A stretch of 64,000 bases of DNA from the human T2T-CHM13v2.0 reference genome, Homo sapiens: the NCBI RefSeq assembly GCF_009914755.1, contig NC_060943.1. One strand, written 5' to 3'. Shown piece by piece: positions 1 to 47,364 of this stretch; position 1 is the stretch's first letter; each line of letters starts with the position of its first letter. A program made the position numbers and the translations under genes. Below the pieces are notes generated by a model, which saw only the letters and a program-made list of their open reading frames with translations, had not been told where the DNA came from and did no database searches.

Positions 1-385
<385 letters not shown>

Positions 386-499
386 TCTTGTTTCTAAGGA
401 TATCAGTCATTGGATTTAGGGCCTACCCTAAAATCCAAGATGTTCTGATAGTGAGATCTTTAACTTAATTCCATCTGCAAAGACCCTATTTCCAAATAA

Positions 500-4404
<3,905 letters not shown>

Positions 4405-4424
4405 CCCTCTTGTCTTTCTCAGGA

Positions 4425-4600
4425 CAGGGCTCTGGGATCAGACAGAGCCGGGCCTGAATGCCTGCCTGACCACGATATGCTCTGTGAGCTTGGGCAAGTG
4501 TCTCAACCTCTCTGAGCTTCAGTTTCCTCATTTATAAATGGTGTAAGCATAGTGCCAACTTTGTCAGATTGCTGGGTGTAAATGCCCTGAGGTTGATAAA
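4425..4600 (+). mobile_element. MIR
   Basis: Core tgtgagcttgggcaagtgtctcaacctctctgagcttcagtttcctcatttataaatgg. Confidence 0.8.
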
Positions 4601-4616
4601 TGTCGGTTCCTACTAT

Positions 4617-6863
<2,247 letters not shown>

Positions 6864-7055
6864 TCACCAAGCTTGTTATTATTGTGTCTAAACCACAAGC
6901 AAATTGGCTATAAGTGAGGGCCACAACCATCAGTTCAACTTGACCAGAATATAGTAACCACCCACCACATGCTAGACCTTATACTTGTCAAGGAAAAACA
7001 GCTCAGATCTCCCACCTTCCTGGAGCTTATAAGACTTCGGGGTCACCTCCTTTAG

Positions 7056-7380
<325 letters not shown>

Positions 7381-7569
7381 TGCGCAGACCTTTAAATATG
7401 CGCTTCAGTTCTTAGAGAGTTTTAACTGCACTGGATGCTAAGTTGAGTTTCAGATAAAGGTGTCAGAACAATGGCTGGGGGACAATAAGGTGCTGTTACT
7501 GGTGATGCCTTGTCTCGGGAGGGAGCAATTTTGGGAGTGGGAAGGGGACAAAAGAAACTGTAGTCCCTA

Positions 7570-7790
7570 GGGATAAGGGCTGAAGCCCTGGTCCCCAAAT
7601 GCTTGCATTTGGATCCCAGATTCATTATTTACTTGTGGTGTGACCTTGGACAAGGCCTCTCATTGTCCCGTGCCTCAGTTTCTCCATCTGTAAAGTAGAC
7701 CTGGTCTTAGTAACCTGCTGCCTAGAACTGTGGTGCGAACTGAGGGAGCTATGCAAAGCTTTAGACAGTGACTGGTTGGCGGCAAGCAAT
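7570..7790 (+). mobile_element. MIR
   Basis: gtgtgaccttggacaag...gcctcagtttctccatctgtaaa...ctttagacagtgactgg. Confidence 0.8.
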
Positions 7791-7999
7791 CAATCAATGA
7801 AGCCTCCATCACAGTGATCCCTTGGGCTCCCCAGGGAGTAGCAGTTTGGAGGACCCAGATTCTGAACCCACAGAGTTGGTGTGGAAGAGGAAGAGGGAGC
7901 CTGGTGAGCCCCCCACTTACACCCCCAGAAGCCTTGGAGCCAAAGCAGCCGGACCCCAGCCCCAGCTTCAGAGGAGCTGCCTTGGGGGTGGGGCTGCCC

Positions 8000-8850
8000 C
8001 GGGGCTGGCCCAGCCCCAGCAAGCTTGTTAATTACTTCTCAGGGTCACGGTCTTAAGGAGCCCCTCCGAGGGGATCTTTGCCCAGCCCTCTGTTTATTGA
8101 TCGCATCTAATCTCTCCGCAGGCGGGCGGGCCTCTAAATCCTGCTTAACTCTCGGTTCCTGCCCTTTCCGGGCAGGGAGGCCCCCGGGCTGGGTTTAGCT
8201 CGCAGCGAATGAGGGCTGGAAAACTGGAGCGCATTGGGAGACCTCTAGGGCCCCCCTAAAACAGAGAAGGGATGGTGGGTTCCCCCCCCACCCACAAGCA
8301 TCTCGGGACTCCCAACACCTACCCACCTGTGGGCGAGGACACCGCTCGTTTTTGCCCCTCCCAATCCCCGATCTTGGAATCCACTTCTTGTGGCTCCAGA
8401 ATCCAGGTAGACGGCCCCCACTTCCCCCTCGGCCAGCCCTGGCCTCCCTTGGTCCCCATCAGGGGAAGGAGGATTTGGGAGCTGGGGAGCCGCCCTGACT
8501 TGCTGTTCTCCTTTCCTTAAAGAAACCAGCGCCGCTGGAGGGAGTGGAGCCCCTGGCCCCCGGCCTGGCTCGGCTCTTTGCCGAGGTGATTAGGATGCGT
8601 CCTCCGAGGGCGCACGGCTTTAACCCGAGTTGCCAGCGCTTTTCGGGCCCCGGGCGATGTCGGTTGTTCAGGGGGCTCTCTGGGTGCCTGGCTGGCCTCC
8701 GTTCCCACCTTTGAAGTGAGCTCTGGTTGGATGGTGGGAGGAGCGGGGGCGAGGCGGGGTGTTCTGCTGGGCCGGGTCTGGGAGGAATTCGCGGGAAATG
8801 CGGGGGCTTAATGGGGGAAACAGAGGCAGTATCAAATAGACGGCCTGCTG
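8000..8850. promoter_or_regulatory. CpG-enriched non-repeat island, candidate enhancer or promoter
   Basis: No repeat similarity recognised; high CpG retention; GC boxes; TAATTA, TGTTTAT and TAATCT motifs at 8027-8113. Confidence 0.5.
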
Positions 8851-8874
8851 ACATTTTTAAAAATGTTTTTACAA

Positions 8875-9430
8875 TTTTTGTTTGTTTATTTTTTTTGAAA
8901 CCAGGCCTTGCTCTGTTGCCCAGGCTGGAGTGCGGTGGCGTGATCATAGCTCACTGCAGCCTTGAAGTCCTAGGCTCAGGTGAGCCTCCCACCTTGGCCT
9001 CCTGAGTAGCTGGGACTACAGGTGCATGCCACCACGCTATGCTAAATTTTGTTTTCTTTCTCGGTAGAGAAGGGGTCTCACTATGTTGCCCAGGCTGTGG
9101 CAGGCTGAGCATGAGTGGCTCATATCTGTAATCTCAGCACTTTTGGGAGGCTGAGGCAGGATTGCTTGAGTCCAGGAGTTTGAGACCAGCCTGGGCAACA
9201 TAGTGAGACCCTGTCTCTACAAAAAAAAAAAAAAAAAAGGCAGGTATGGTGGCACACCCCTAGTCCCAGCTACTCGGGGAGCTGAGGTAGTAGGATCACT
9301 TGAGCCCAGGAGTTTTGAGTCTGCAGTGAGCTATGATCGTGCCACTGCACTCCAGCCCGGGCAACAGAGTGAGACCCTTTCTCAAAATAATAATAATAAC
9401 AATAAAATATAAAATAAAATAAGAAACAAA
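8875..9430. mobile_element. Truncated AluJ (-, to ~9097) head-to-head with AluJ (+, from ~9103)
   Basis: Orientation switch at ...gcccaggctg|tggcaggctgagcatgagtggctc. Confidence 0.8.
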
Positions 9431-9434
9431 AACT

Positions 9435-9545
9435 TGGAAGACAGAGCAGCCTAGGTTCGAATCCTGCCTCCACCACCCAGCACTGGGAGATCCTGAGTGA
9501 GTGACTTTGCTTCTTGGAGCTCTCTCCTTGCCTCTGACTTCTCAG
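9435..9545 (+). mobile_element. MIR 5' part with an intact Pol III B box
   Basis: ggttcgaatcc at 9454-9464 in the context gcctaggttcgaatcctgcctccacca. Confidence 0.65.
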
Positions 9546-9950
9546 CTGCTCTGGGTCAGGAACTGAATGACTAAAAGGGCCTGGTTCAGAATGAGTGCTC
9601 CTCCTGGCCAAGAGAGGAGGAGGAAGGACAGGGGTGGGTGGGACAGCTGTAGGGATCCGGGCTGGTGGGTTGGGGAGGTTGCCGGCTCCTACCTTTTAGA
9701 GCTCCCAGGCTGTAGACCAAAACTGACATGAATACCTGCTCTTGCCCAGCGGGTGTGGATGCCCAGGGGGTCTCTGGGTGGGGAAGAAGTGGGTGTCTAT
9801 TGGCCCAGTGGTAAAAGGTCTAAGTAAAGGATCTGGGTCTTCAGTTTATATTTCCCTAGGAATGTGTGATGGAGCGCTATGACCAGACATGAGTGTGGTC
9901 AGAGTTCAGAACCAGGCACCAGTGTGCCCTGACCTGTGCCTCAGTGGTTG

Positions 9951-10315
9951 CACATTCCTGGTGCACACCTGGTGTATACCTGGCACACAGCACATACCTG
10001 GTGCACACCTGGCATATACGTGGCACATGCCTGCCACATTCCTGGTGCACACCGGGAGTATACCTGGCACACACCTGCCACATTCCTGGTGCACACCTAG
10101 CGTATACCTAGCACACACCTGCCACATTCCTGGTGCACACCTGGAGTATACCTGGCACACGCCTGCCACATTCCTGATGTACACCTGGTGTACACCTGGC
10201 ACACGCCTGCCACATTCCTGGTGCACAGCTGGTGTACACCTGGCACACACCTGCCACATTCCTGGTGCACACCTGGTCTATGCCTGGCACACACTTGGTG
10301 TACACATGGCATATA
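9951..10315. repeat. 44-bp minisatellite, ~8 copies
   Basis: Unit cacattcctggtgcacacctggtgtatacctggcacacacctgc; starts at 9951, 9991, 10035, 10079, 10123, 10167, 10211, 10255. Confidence 0.95.
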
Positions 10316-10509
10316 TCTTTCAGGCTTTCAGCCACTGATCCATCTTGGTCTTGCTCACCCAGTGTCAGAGAGGCATCAGGTACCTGAGTGAGATCACCTT
10401 TCTTGATGAAACACAAAATTGGGAACCACATAAAGAGCACTCACTATATACCAGGTGCTGTCTTAAGTGAGTTAACTTTCATTAACTCATTTTATTTTCA
10501 CAAGATGCT

Positions 10510-12170
<1,661 letters not shown>

Positions 12171-12298
12171 AATTACACACCCCTTTTTACAGGTGAAGAA
12201 ACTGAGGCATAGACAGGTTAATCACTGTTCTTGGTCACCCAGCTAGTAAGTGACAAAGTGATAGAGTCAAGGTTAGAATCCGGACAGTCTGACTCTAA

Positions 12299-14637
<2,339 letters not shown>

Positions 14638-14984
14638 TAGTTCCTTCAGCCTTACACCTCCAATCCCCTCTGATCTCCTTGCCAATCCCCTGCTCTGCCT
14701 ACACTCTGATCACATGAGCCCTAACACTTCCTCCTAAGGGCTGGAGAACAATTGTTTGCTACAGGGAGAAAAATCCTCAAGCCAGAGAGCTGAGCCATTA
14801 GACTCCTGGGTCCTGAGGAGAGCCCGGAGCTGAGGTTTCAGAAATGTCTTCTCACCTCTTCATCCCTTGGGCTGCCTCCTGTCACTTCCCGGGGTCCCTG
14901 AGTCCCCTCTGCACTCAGAAGCTCCCAGGGAGGACCAGCCAGACAGGGCTCAGGACACTTACAGGCAAACCTCCACTCCTCCCG

Positions 14985-15125
14985 CCCTGACCAGTTAACG
15001 CGACACTTATTCTACATTAAATACCAATTGGACCAATTTTCTGCTGTAATTAAAACCTCAGCAGACGTGTTCCCTGCTCAGCAGTGATGAGTTTATTAAC
15101 CTCCAGCTCTGAAGGAATGTGGGGG
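14985..15125. promoter_or_regulatory. AT-rich non-repeat island with homeodomain-type motifs (candidate enhancer)
   Basis: cattaa, ccaattgg, taattaaa and tttattaa within 140 bp in a GC-rich context. Confidence 0.4.
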
Positions 15126-15279
15126 CAGGGGAGAGGGAAGGAAAGAAGAGAGTTTTCCAGATTAGGAGATTGGACCCAGGGAGAGGGTGGGTTTGGAGCT
15201 GTGCTGTCTCCTAGCTGGGCTCTGAGCAAGAGACAGATGGGGGTGTGTGCGAAAGCATTAACATCTGTGTGTTTGCTGC

Positions 15280-15500
15280 CTCTGCAGTGGGGACTTGCAA
15301 ATATCTACCCCCACCACCCTGACCTGCTACAGAACCAGGACTGCCCTCCCATAATCAAGTGTGTTTTATAGCCCTACTTCCCAAATTATTGGCAGGCAGC
15401 ATGTCCTGAGTCTGGAAATACAGCCTCTTTCAGTTCAACAATCTGGCCTTGTATGGGATCGTTTGTTACGTAGCATAACTTAGGTTATCTGACTATTACA
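15280..15500 (+). mobile_element. Old MLT1 LTR fragment
   Basis: 3' end gtttgttacgtagcataacttaggttatctgactattaca. Confidence 0.5.
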
Positions 15501-15716
15501 TATTGTATCTCCACTTCATAGCTGGTGAAACAGGCACATGCCACCATGCCCAGATAATTTTCTCCTCTGGGCAGGAGACAGATGGAGGCGTGTCCAAAAG
15601 CATTGACAACTATTGTGTTTGCCGCTTCTGTGGTGGTGACTTGGAAGTATCTGAACCCCCATCACCCTGACCTCAGTTTCACAACAGAGGCCCAGTTTGC
15701 ATACAAACCTAGGTGA

Positions 15717-17155
<1,439 letters not shown>

Positions 17156-17159
17156 GAGA

Positions 17160-17235
17160 GCGAGAACATGTGGCCTGCAAAGACAGAAATATTTAGATTC
17201 TGATCCTTGATGGAAAAAGTTTTCCATCCTCTGCT
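17160..17235. mobile_element. MER58-like hAT-Charlie fragment
   Basis: tggcctgcaaagacagaaatattt...aaaaagtttttccatcctctgc resembles the MER58A terminus. Confidence 0.55.
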
Positions 17236-17300
17236 CTTGACTTCATTTGGTCATTCCCACAATGAATAAGTTAGTTCTAGGATCTTGGAGCAAACATGTC

Positions 17301-17469
17301 TGTATTAGTCTGTTTTCACACCGCTATAAAGAACTATGTGAGAGTGAGTAATTTATGAAGAAAAAAGGTTTAATTGACTCACAGTTCCGCATGGCTGATG
17401 GGGCCTCAGGAAACTTACAATCATGACAAAAAGTGAAGGGAAAGCAAGGCACATCGTACATGGAGGCAG

Positions 17470-17564
<95 letters not shown>

Positions 17565-17733
17565 GTGCCAGACGCTTATCAAACAACCAGATCTGGTGAG
17601 AACTCAATGTCACGAGAATAGCAAGGGGGAAATGCTCCCGTGATCCAATCTCCTCCCACCAGGTCCCTCCCCTCGACACGTGGGGATTACAATTCTAGAT
17701 GCGATTTGGGTGGAGACACAGTCAAACATGTCA
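17301..17733 (-). mobile_element. THE1/MST (MaLR) solo LTR with an internal (GA)n expansion at ~17472-17560
   Basis: tgtattagtctgttttcacac...ggtttaattgactcacagttccgcatggctg...gcctcaggaaacttacaatcatg...gatttgggtggagacacag. Confidence 0.9.
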
Positions 17734-17924
17734 GTGTTCTTTCTCTAAGGCTCCATTTTGTCCTCTGTAAAATGGGGTGAGAGGCCCCTACTTAACTGCA
17801 CGAGCTTGCTCTGCAATTAAAATTGCATGTCATGGGCCAAGGGACTTTGAAAGTGGGACAGCTCCTGCAGGTGCTTTTGGCTGGAGTCACAGGATCCAAA
17901 ACCCCCCAGTAATCCCCACATCTT

Positions 17925-19960
<2,036 letters not shown>

Positions 19961-20056
19961 TGTGCCTGGGGTTGCTGGCGGGTTTGGGGCTGGAGGGAAG
20001 CACGTGGGGTGGCCTCAAAGGGTTTAGTGGAGGGGCATTTAAGAAGAGGATGTCCG

Positions 20057-24580
<4,524 letters not shown>

Positions 24581-24584
24581 TCCC

Positions 24585-26495
<1,911 letters not shown>

Positions 26496-26950
26496 GTGAA
26501 AGTGAAAGATTTCATTCTGAACACCACTAGGTCCTGAAAGGCAAGGTTGGCTGACAGCAGACCCAGTGCAATGAGAACCATCTGACCCCTGGATTTGTTT
26601 CCTTCCTGTGGCCGCTATAACAGTACCACAAACTGAGTCACTTAAAACAACAGAAACCTATTTTCTCACAGTTCTGCAGGCCAGAAGTCTGAAATCAAAA
26701 CATCTGCAGGGCCACGCTCCCCACAGAGGCTCTAGGGAGGAATCCCTCCTGGCCCCTTCCAGCTTGTGAGGGCTCCAGGCATTCCTCGGTGGCGACCACA
26801 GCATTCCAACCTCTGCTTCCGTCTTCACGGGTCCTTCTCTACTGTGTCTCCTCTCTGTGTCTCTCCTAAGGAGAGTCGTCTGTGGATTTAGGACTACCAT
26901 GTTTTCCAGGATGATCTCATCTTCAGAATTCTAATATCTGCAATGACCCT

Positions 26951-28483
<1,533 letters not shown>

Positions 28484-28508
28484 AGTTTATCCACCTAAGA
28501 TCACATTC

Positions 28509-29122
<614 letters not shown>

Positions 29123-29552
29123 AAACATCACATTCACAGGTTGCAGGGGCCAGAGTGTGGACACATCCTTTTGGGGGGCCACCATTTGACACACTATATT
29201 CCCTCCTGGAGCTGCAGCCCTGGCCGTGAAAGGAAAGGAGAGGAAAGCAAGAAGGAAGGGGCCCTAGCACCACCCAGACCCCCAGAACATGACGCTGGTG
29301 GGGATGGAGGAGAGGTAGAAGGAAATAGGATTGAAGTCTAAATCAAGGCCCCAGCTTGGGTCTGGACATTCCTTGTTTTGAATTGAAGCCAAGCTGCCCT
29401 GTGACTAAGGCGACTCCAGGAACATCTGTTATCTGAGATGAACAGAGAACAAAGTCATAAGGCTAAGATTTTATCAAGGGGATTGCGGGGCAGGGGGGAC
29501 ACATTTCCCTGTGAAAAGCATGTTATAGAGATCATGACAGATCAGCCCTTGA

Positions 29553-32190
<2,638 letters not shown>

Positions 32191-32509
32191 CTCCTGTTCC
32201 CTCCACCCCAACTCCACTAGTTCCTACCTCCCCTTGGCCTCACCTGCCAGCAGTTGTCCCAGGCGGAGGCCACATGCTTCCCTCTCCTCTGAGGCCTTGC
32301 CCCTGCCTGTGACCTCTCACTTGTCATATCTGCTGTCTCTGTTCTCAAGACAGGAAGTCAGATGGGAGTTGAAGACGGCTGGGACCTATGAGTCCCCAGG
32401 CCCCCAGAGGGATTCCGGATTTGAGAGTCGGCCTCCTCCCTCCCATCCAAGCCCAGCCCTGCCAAATCAGCTCCCAGCTCACTCCCTGGTCTGCACCTCT
32501 TTCTCTGTC

Positions 32510-32700
32510 TCTTTCTCTCTCTGGAATTTTCATTCTCTTTTTGGTAACCGAATTATCCCATCTCCACCTCTCACTGGGGGCCGCCCGCAGAGGCGTGGGC
32601 GAGGAGGGGCCCGGGTCGCAGCGCGAGATATTAAACCATCAATCACCCGCCAACGCCGACTCCCCCGCACCAGGACCCTCCATTGGCTCCACCTGGAAGC
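32510..32700. promoter_or_regulatory. Small CpG-rich non-repeat island (EGR and PBX/CUT-type motifs)
   Basis: gcgtgggcg at ~32593; atcaatca at ~32638; CpG cluster. Confidence 0.4.
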
Positions 32701-32829
32701 AGACCAGCTCCAGTGCAGGCCTGGAGGCCTGGGGACCCCATCAAAATGGGAGGCCTTGGAAGAATCTCACAGGCCCTGCATCTACCTGGGCAGGTGCCTG
32801 GGTGCAGATCGGCCTGGCTCAATGCACAG

Positions 32830-35352
<2,523 letters not shown>

Positions 35353-35799
35353 GGTACCTCTTCCTCTGGGCAGATGCAATGTGTGGTGAGGGGAACAGAC
35401 GACGTCAGCTTCTGCTCTAGCTTCTGTCTGGTATGCTTGTGCAGTGTGCAACTTGCACAACTGTTCTTGGCAGTACTGCTCCTGTCCCCCATCTCTTGAG
35501 TAGCTCAGAAGGTGAGGGGCGCTGTGAAGACCAAGTAACCAGAGGCTGGACCTCTACACCCAGGTGTTTAGAGGGCCAAACCCCAACCTCTGTGCCCAGC
35601 TCATTGCTGGTGAAAAATCTGCCAAGGAACTGGACTGTTCTGGGTGACACCCCAAAGACTCCCCTCCTGGTATCCCCAGCAGTGTCTCCCTTGCTCCTCC
35701 AGACTAGGGGTGCCCTCGCCTTCCCCAGCCCCCTCTGCACGTTTCCACCCAGCCAGGAGTCCCACACTTGCCTGCTTCTCCCAACCTTCTCTCTCTCTC

Positions 35800-36620
35800 T
35801 CTCCAGCACAGTGGCTATTTTTATTTTTCCTTCTTATTAAATTTCCAACTTCTGCAAACACCATGGCCCCTGCCTCGCCGCGCCCCCCCCCTTCCCTTAG
35901 GGCGGATTTGATTCACTTGCGTTTTATTAACAGATTAAAAAAAAAAAACCTGCAGCTGCCACCACAATGTGACTTTCTCCGCTTTCCTGGAGGTTTAGGG
36001 AACCGAGGAGAACTGGGCTACAGGATCTCTCTCTGGGTTTAAATTCGCCCTCCTCCCCACTCCCAGGGACCTTTCCATCATAGCCTGAGCGGCGAGGTCG
36101 GGAAGGGGCTGCGGAATGAGGTTGGATGTCGTTCTGGGTTTAGGGGGGAATGGGATGGGTGTCAGGCCTGATGCGGTTCCCCCAGCCAGGGCCTCGTCCC
36201 AAGGCGGAACTGGAAATTTAAAAAAAAAAAAAAAAAAAAAAGGCAATCCGTTGGGAAGCCCCGCCCCCGCCCCCGCCTCCCCGCCCCACAGACCCTGGGT
36301 GCTAAACTCTTCGGGTGGGAGGGGCAGCCTCGGGGGTGTGGGCTTAGAGTTGGCGCCTCCCACACAGAGCTGGGGTCGCCCCTACCCTCTCTCCCTTAGG
36401 ATGGCTGGCAGGGGGCCTTGGGAAGGTTTGCCGCCTGCCCAAGCCCGGCTCGCTCAGTTTTCTTTCCTCCTTAGGACATTCTGATTCCGGTGCTGACTCC
36501 CAGACCTGAGAGCAAATTGCTTCTTCATGCCCCGGGGTGTTTTCCTCCCCCCAAGTCTTTTTTTTTGTCAGTCGCCCTGGCAACCAGGAACCCAGCTGCA
36601 CTTTACTTCCCTGGGATACA
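35800..36620. promoter_or_regulatory. Promoter-like non-repeat island
   Basis: Clustered GC boxes 36259-36287; RFX X-box gtcgccctggcaac 36571-36584; MEF2-like ctatttttat 35815-35824; non-Alu poly-A tracts; CpGs retained. Confidence 0.55.
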
Positions 36621-37235
36621 GAATGGGGGTAGGGGGTGATGGGGAAACTAACTGGGTCGTTTAGGCCAGGACCTTCCTACCCTCCTCTTTGCCCCCTCTT
36701 AGTCCTCCACCCCTCCCCACACCACCTGGTCCAGCCTTGATTGACAAGAGGGCAGGTTGCCCCTGTCAGGGTTACCCATCTGGGTGGTTGGGCCACAGCT
36801 TCCTTCTGGGTCACTCTGTTCTGGGAAGGTCCTTCATTTGGCCCGAGGGCTAAGGTTCCAGCTGTCAGTGAAATCCCTTTCCCCTTCCTTTCCTCCACTC
36901 TTTAGTCCCTCAATCAGGGTGGGCTGGTACGGTTGGGCAGGTTGGACACTGCACAAGGGGACACTGAGTGTGTTCAAACTAAGCTCCCGATTTCCATTGC
37001 TCCCTTACTCCATAGCACACTACAGACTAACCTCTCCTCTGCCTTACTGACACCAACTCTCTGCTATCAGGAGAGCCAATGATTTCAATAAAATACTTCA
37101 GTCCTGGTCACACCCCAATGCAGAGCTGAAGAAAGGAAGTCCAGTCGGGAATTTGGGGTCTTGAACAACCCAAGCCACAGCTCCTGTGGGAGCTTAGAGA
37201 GAGAGCAAACCTGGGCAGAAAGAACTTCTACAGAG

Positions 37236-38445
<1,210 letters not shown>

Positions 38446-38549
38446 GGAGCCTGGCAGGCACAGGTGTGCATTGGTCAGCACGTCCCCTTGCCCACGAAGG
38501 AGCTAGACTCAAATCCCGAGGTCCCCAAAATTGATTGTCAACTCTTTAA

Positions 38550-39895
<1,346 letters not shown>

Positions 39896-40329
39896 GAGCC
39901 ATGATTTCATTACAAGTTGCAAAATACTGCATTCCCAGTTTATCATGGCATTTTCCCATTTATACATCTGTCGTCTCCAACAATCTGGAAAGCCCTCAAC
40001 AGCAGAGTCAGAGCCACAGGGTACCAAGGAAACATTTGCTGAAAGAATTTGAATTCAGGAGATGGAGCCTATTGGGGGAAAAAACCCAAACAAACAGGTA
40101 TTTGTTGTTTAGGGCAAAGAAACATGGCACCATTTCTCCTGCTTCTAGGATCAAAGGCTGTTCCACTCCAATCTCCGCTGGATGCCAAGCCTGGCCAAAA
40201 GTCCCAGGACATGGCCTGGCCCCCTACCCGTCAACGCTTTCCCTCTTGTGACACCCCATGGAGTCACCCTATGGACTCAGGACCAATGGGGTTTTGGGGA
40301 GAAGACAGATCGTCTGTCTACAGGTATCA

Positions 40330-40625
40330 ACATTGCTTTCCTTCTCAAAAATTTTTTTATTTTAAACCTCCCCACAATTCAAATGTTTCTCTTATTATCT
40401 TCTGCCGAGGGAAAAAAATTAATAACATGGCACAATATAAAATACTAAATTAAAGGCATTTTGGAACCAGCAATTATTTCATAAGCTTCTCTTTTATTGC
40501 CACGCTAATGTGCCTAATTGCTATCTTAATGAGGACATTAATTTCTGGCTAATGTGATGTTATTATAGAAATTGCAGTCAATCTCTTAAAAGGAGGAAAG
40601 TGCCAGAAAGCCGTCCCACGAGGCA
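40330..40625. promoter_or_regulatory. Strongly AT-rich non-repeat island with many TAAT cores (candidate conserved enhancer)
   Basis: attaat, aattaa, ttttattg, ctaatg, ctaattg, ttaatg and cattaatt within ~170 bp. Confidence 0.5.
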
Positions 40626-40879
40626 GAGGCTTTGGTCACCCCGGGGCTGAGGGGCAAAGGGGAGGGGAGGAGACGGTGCTGGAACCCGGGCCAAGACTGG
40701 GGGAAGGATGCGGCTGCTGGGAGCCAGAGAGGGGGAAGGCAGGGGACTTGTGCTGGGACTAAAACCTCCCAGGGAGGCCCTGATCTGAAAGCCAGCTGTT
40801 GCCGTGCCCGGGGATCTAGGAGATGAAACTGAATAGGGGAAAGTGTTACAGCAATAATAAAACCTGACATCAGTGGCAG

Positions 40880-42220
<1,341 letters not shown>

Positions 42221-42654
42221 CAAACTGTGTATTAGAACAAGGACACGCCAGCTGCTGTAACGAGCAACCTGTAGATCCCAGTGGCTTAATGCACTAAAGG
42301 CTACTTTCTCACTCACATCACGCTGCCGCACCTGGGAACCAGACGCCGGCTATATTGTGGCTTCACCTTCTTCCAGTGACTCAGAGGCCCCACAAGACCC
42401 TCTTTGTCCAGCCAGCAGATGCAAAGGAAGAATTAGAAGGTGCAGGTGGGAGGTGTTAAAAGCCTGAATGTAGCACACCTCACTTCCATTCGCATCCCAC
42501 AGAATCAGATAATGATAAAGGTTAGGAAATAGGTTTGGAGTCTGGGAAACATGGGGAGACCCCATATTTACAAAGAAGAAAACTTTTTAAAAATTATATG
42601 GTTAATGGTGGCGCAAGCCTGTTGTCCCAGCTACTCAGGAGGCCAAGGTAGGAG

Positions 42655-47355
<4,701 letters not shown>

Positions 47356-47364
47356 GGATTTCTT

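Noticed and set aside
9440-9475. tRNA gene (T-arm-like sequence followed by CCA)
   Set aside because: No cloverleaf or D/anticodon arms; it matches the tRNA-derived head of MIR.
9951-10315. Repeat array as a CRISPR locus or coding repeat
   Set aside because: The units are contiguous with no unique spacers, there are no cas genes, and the context is primate DNA.
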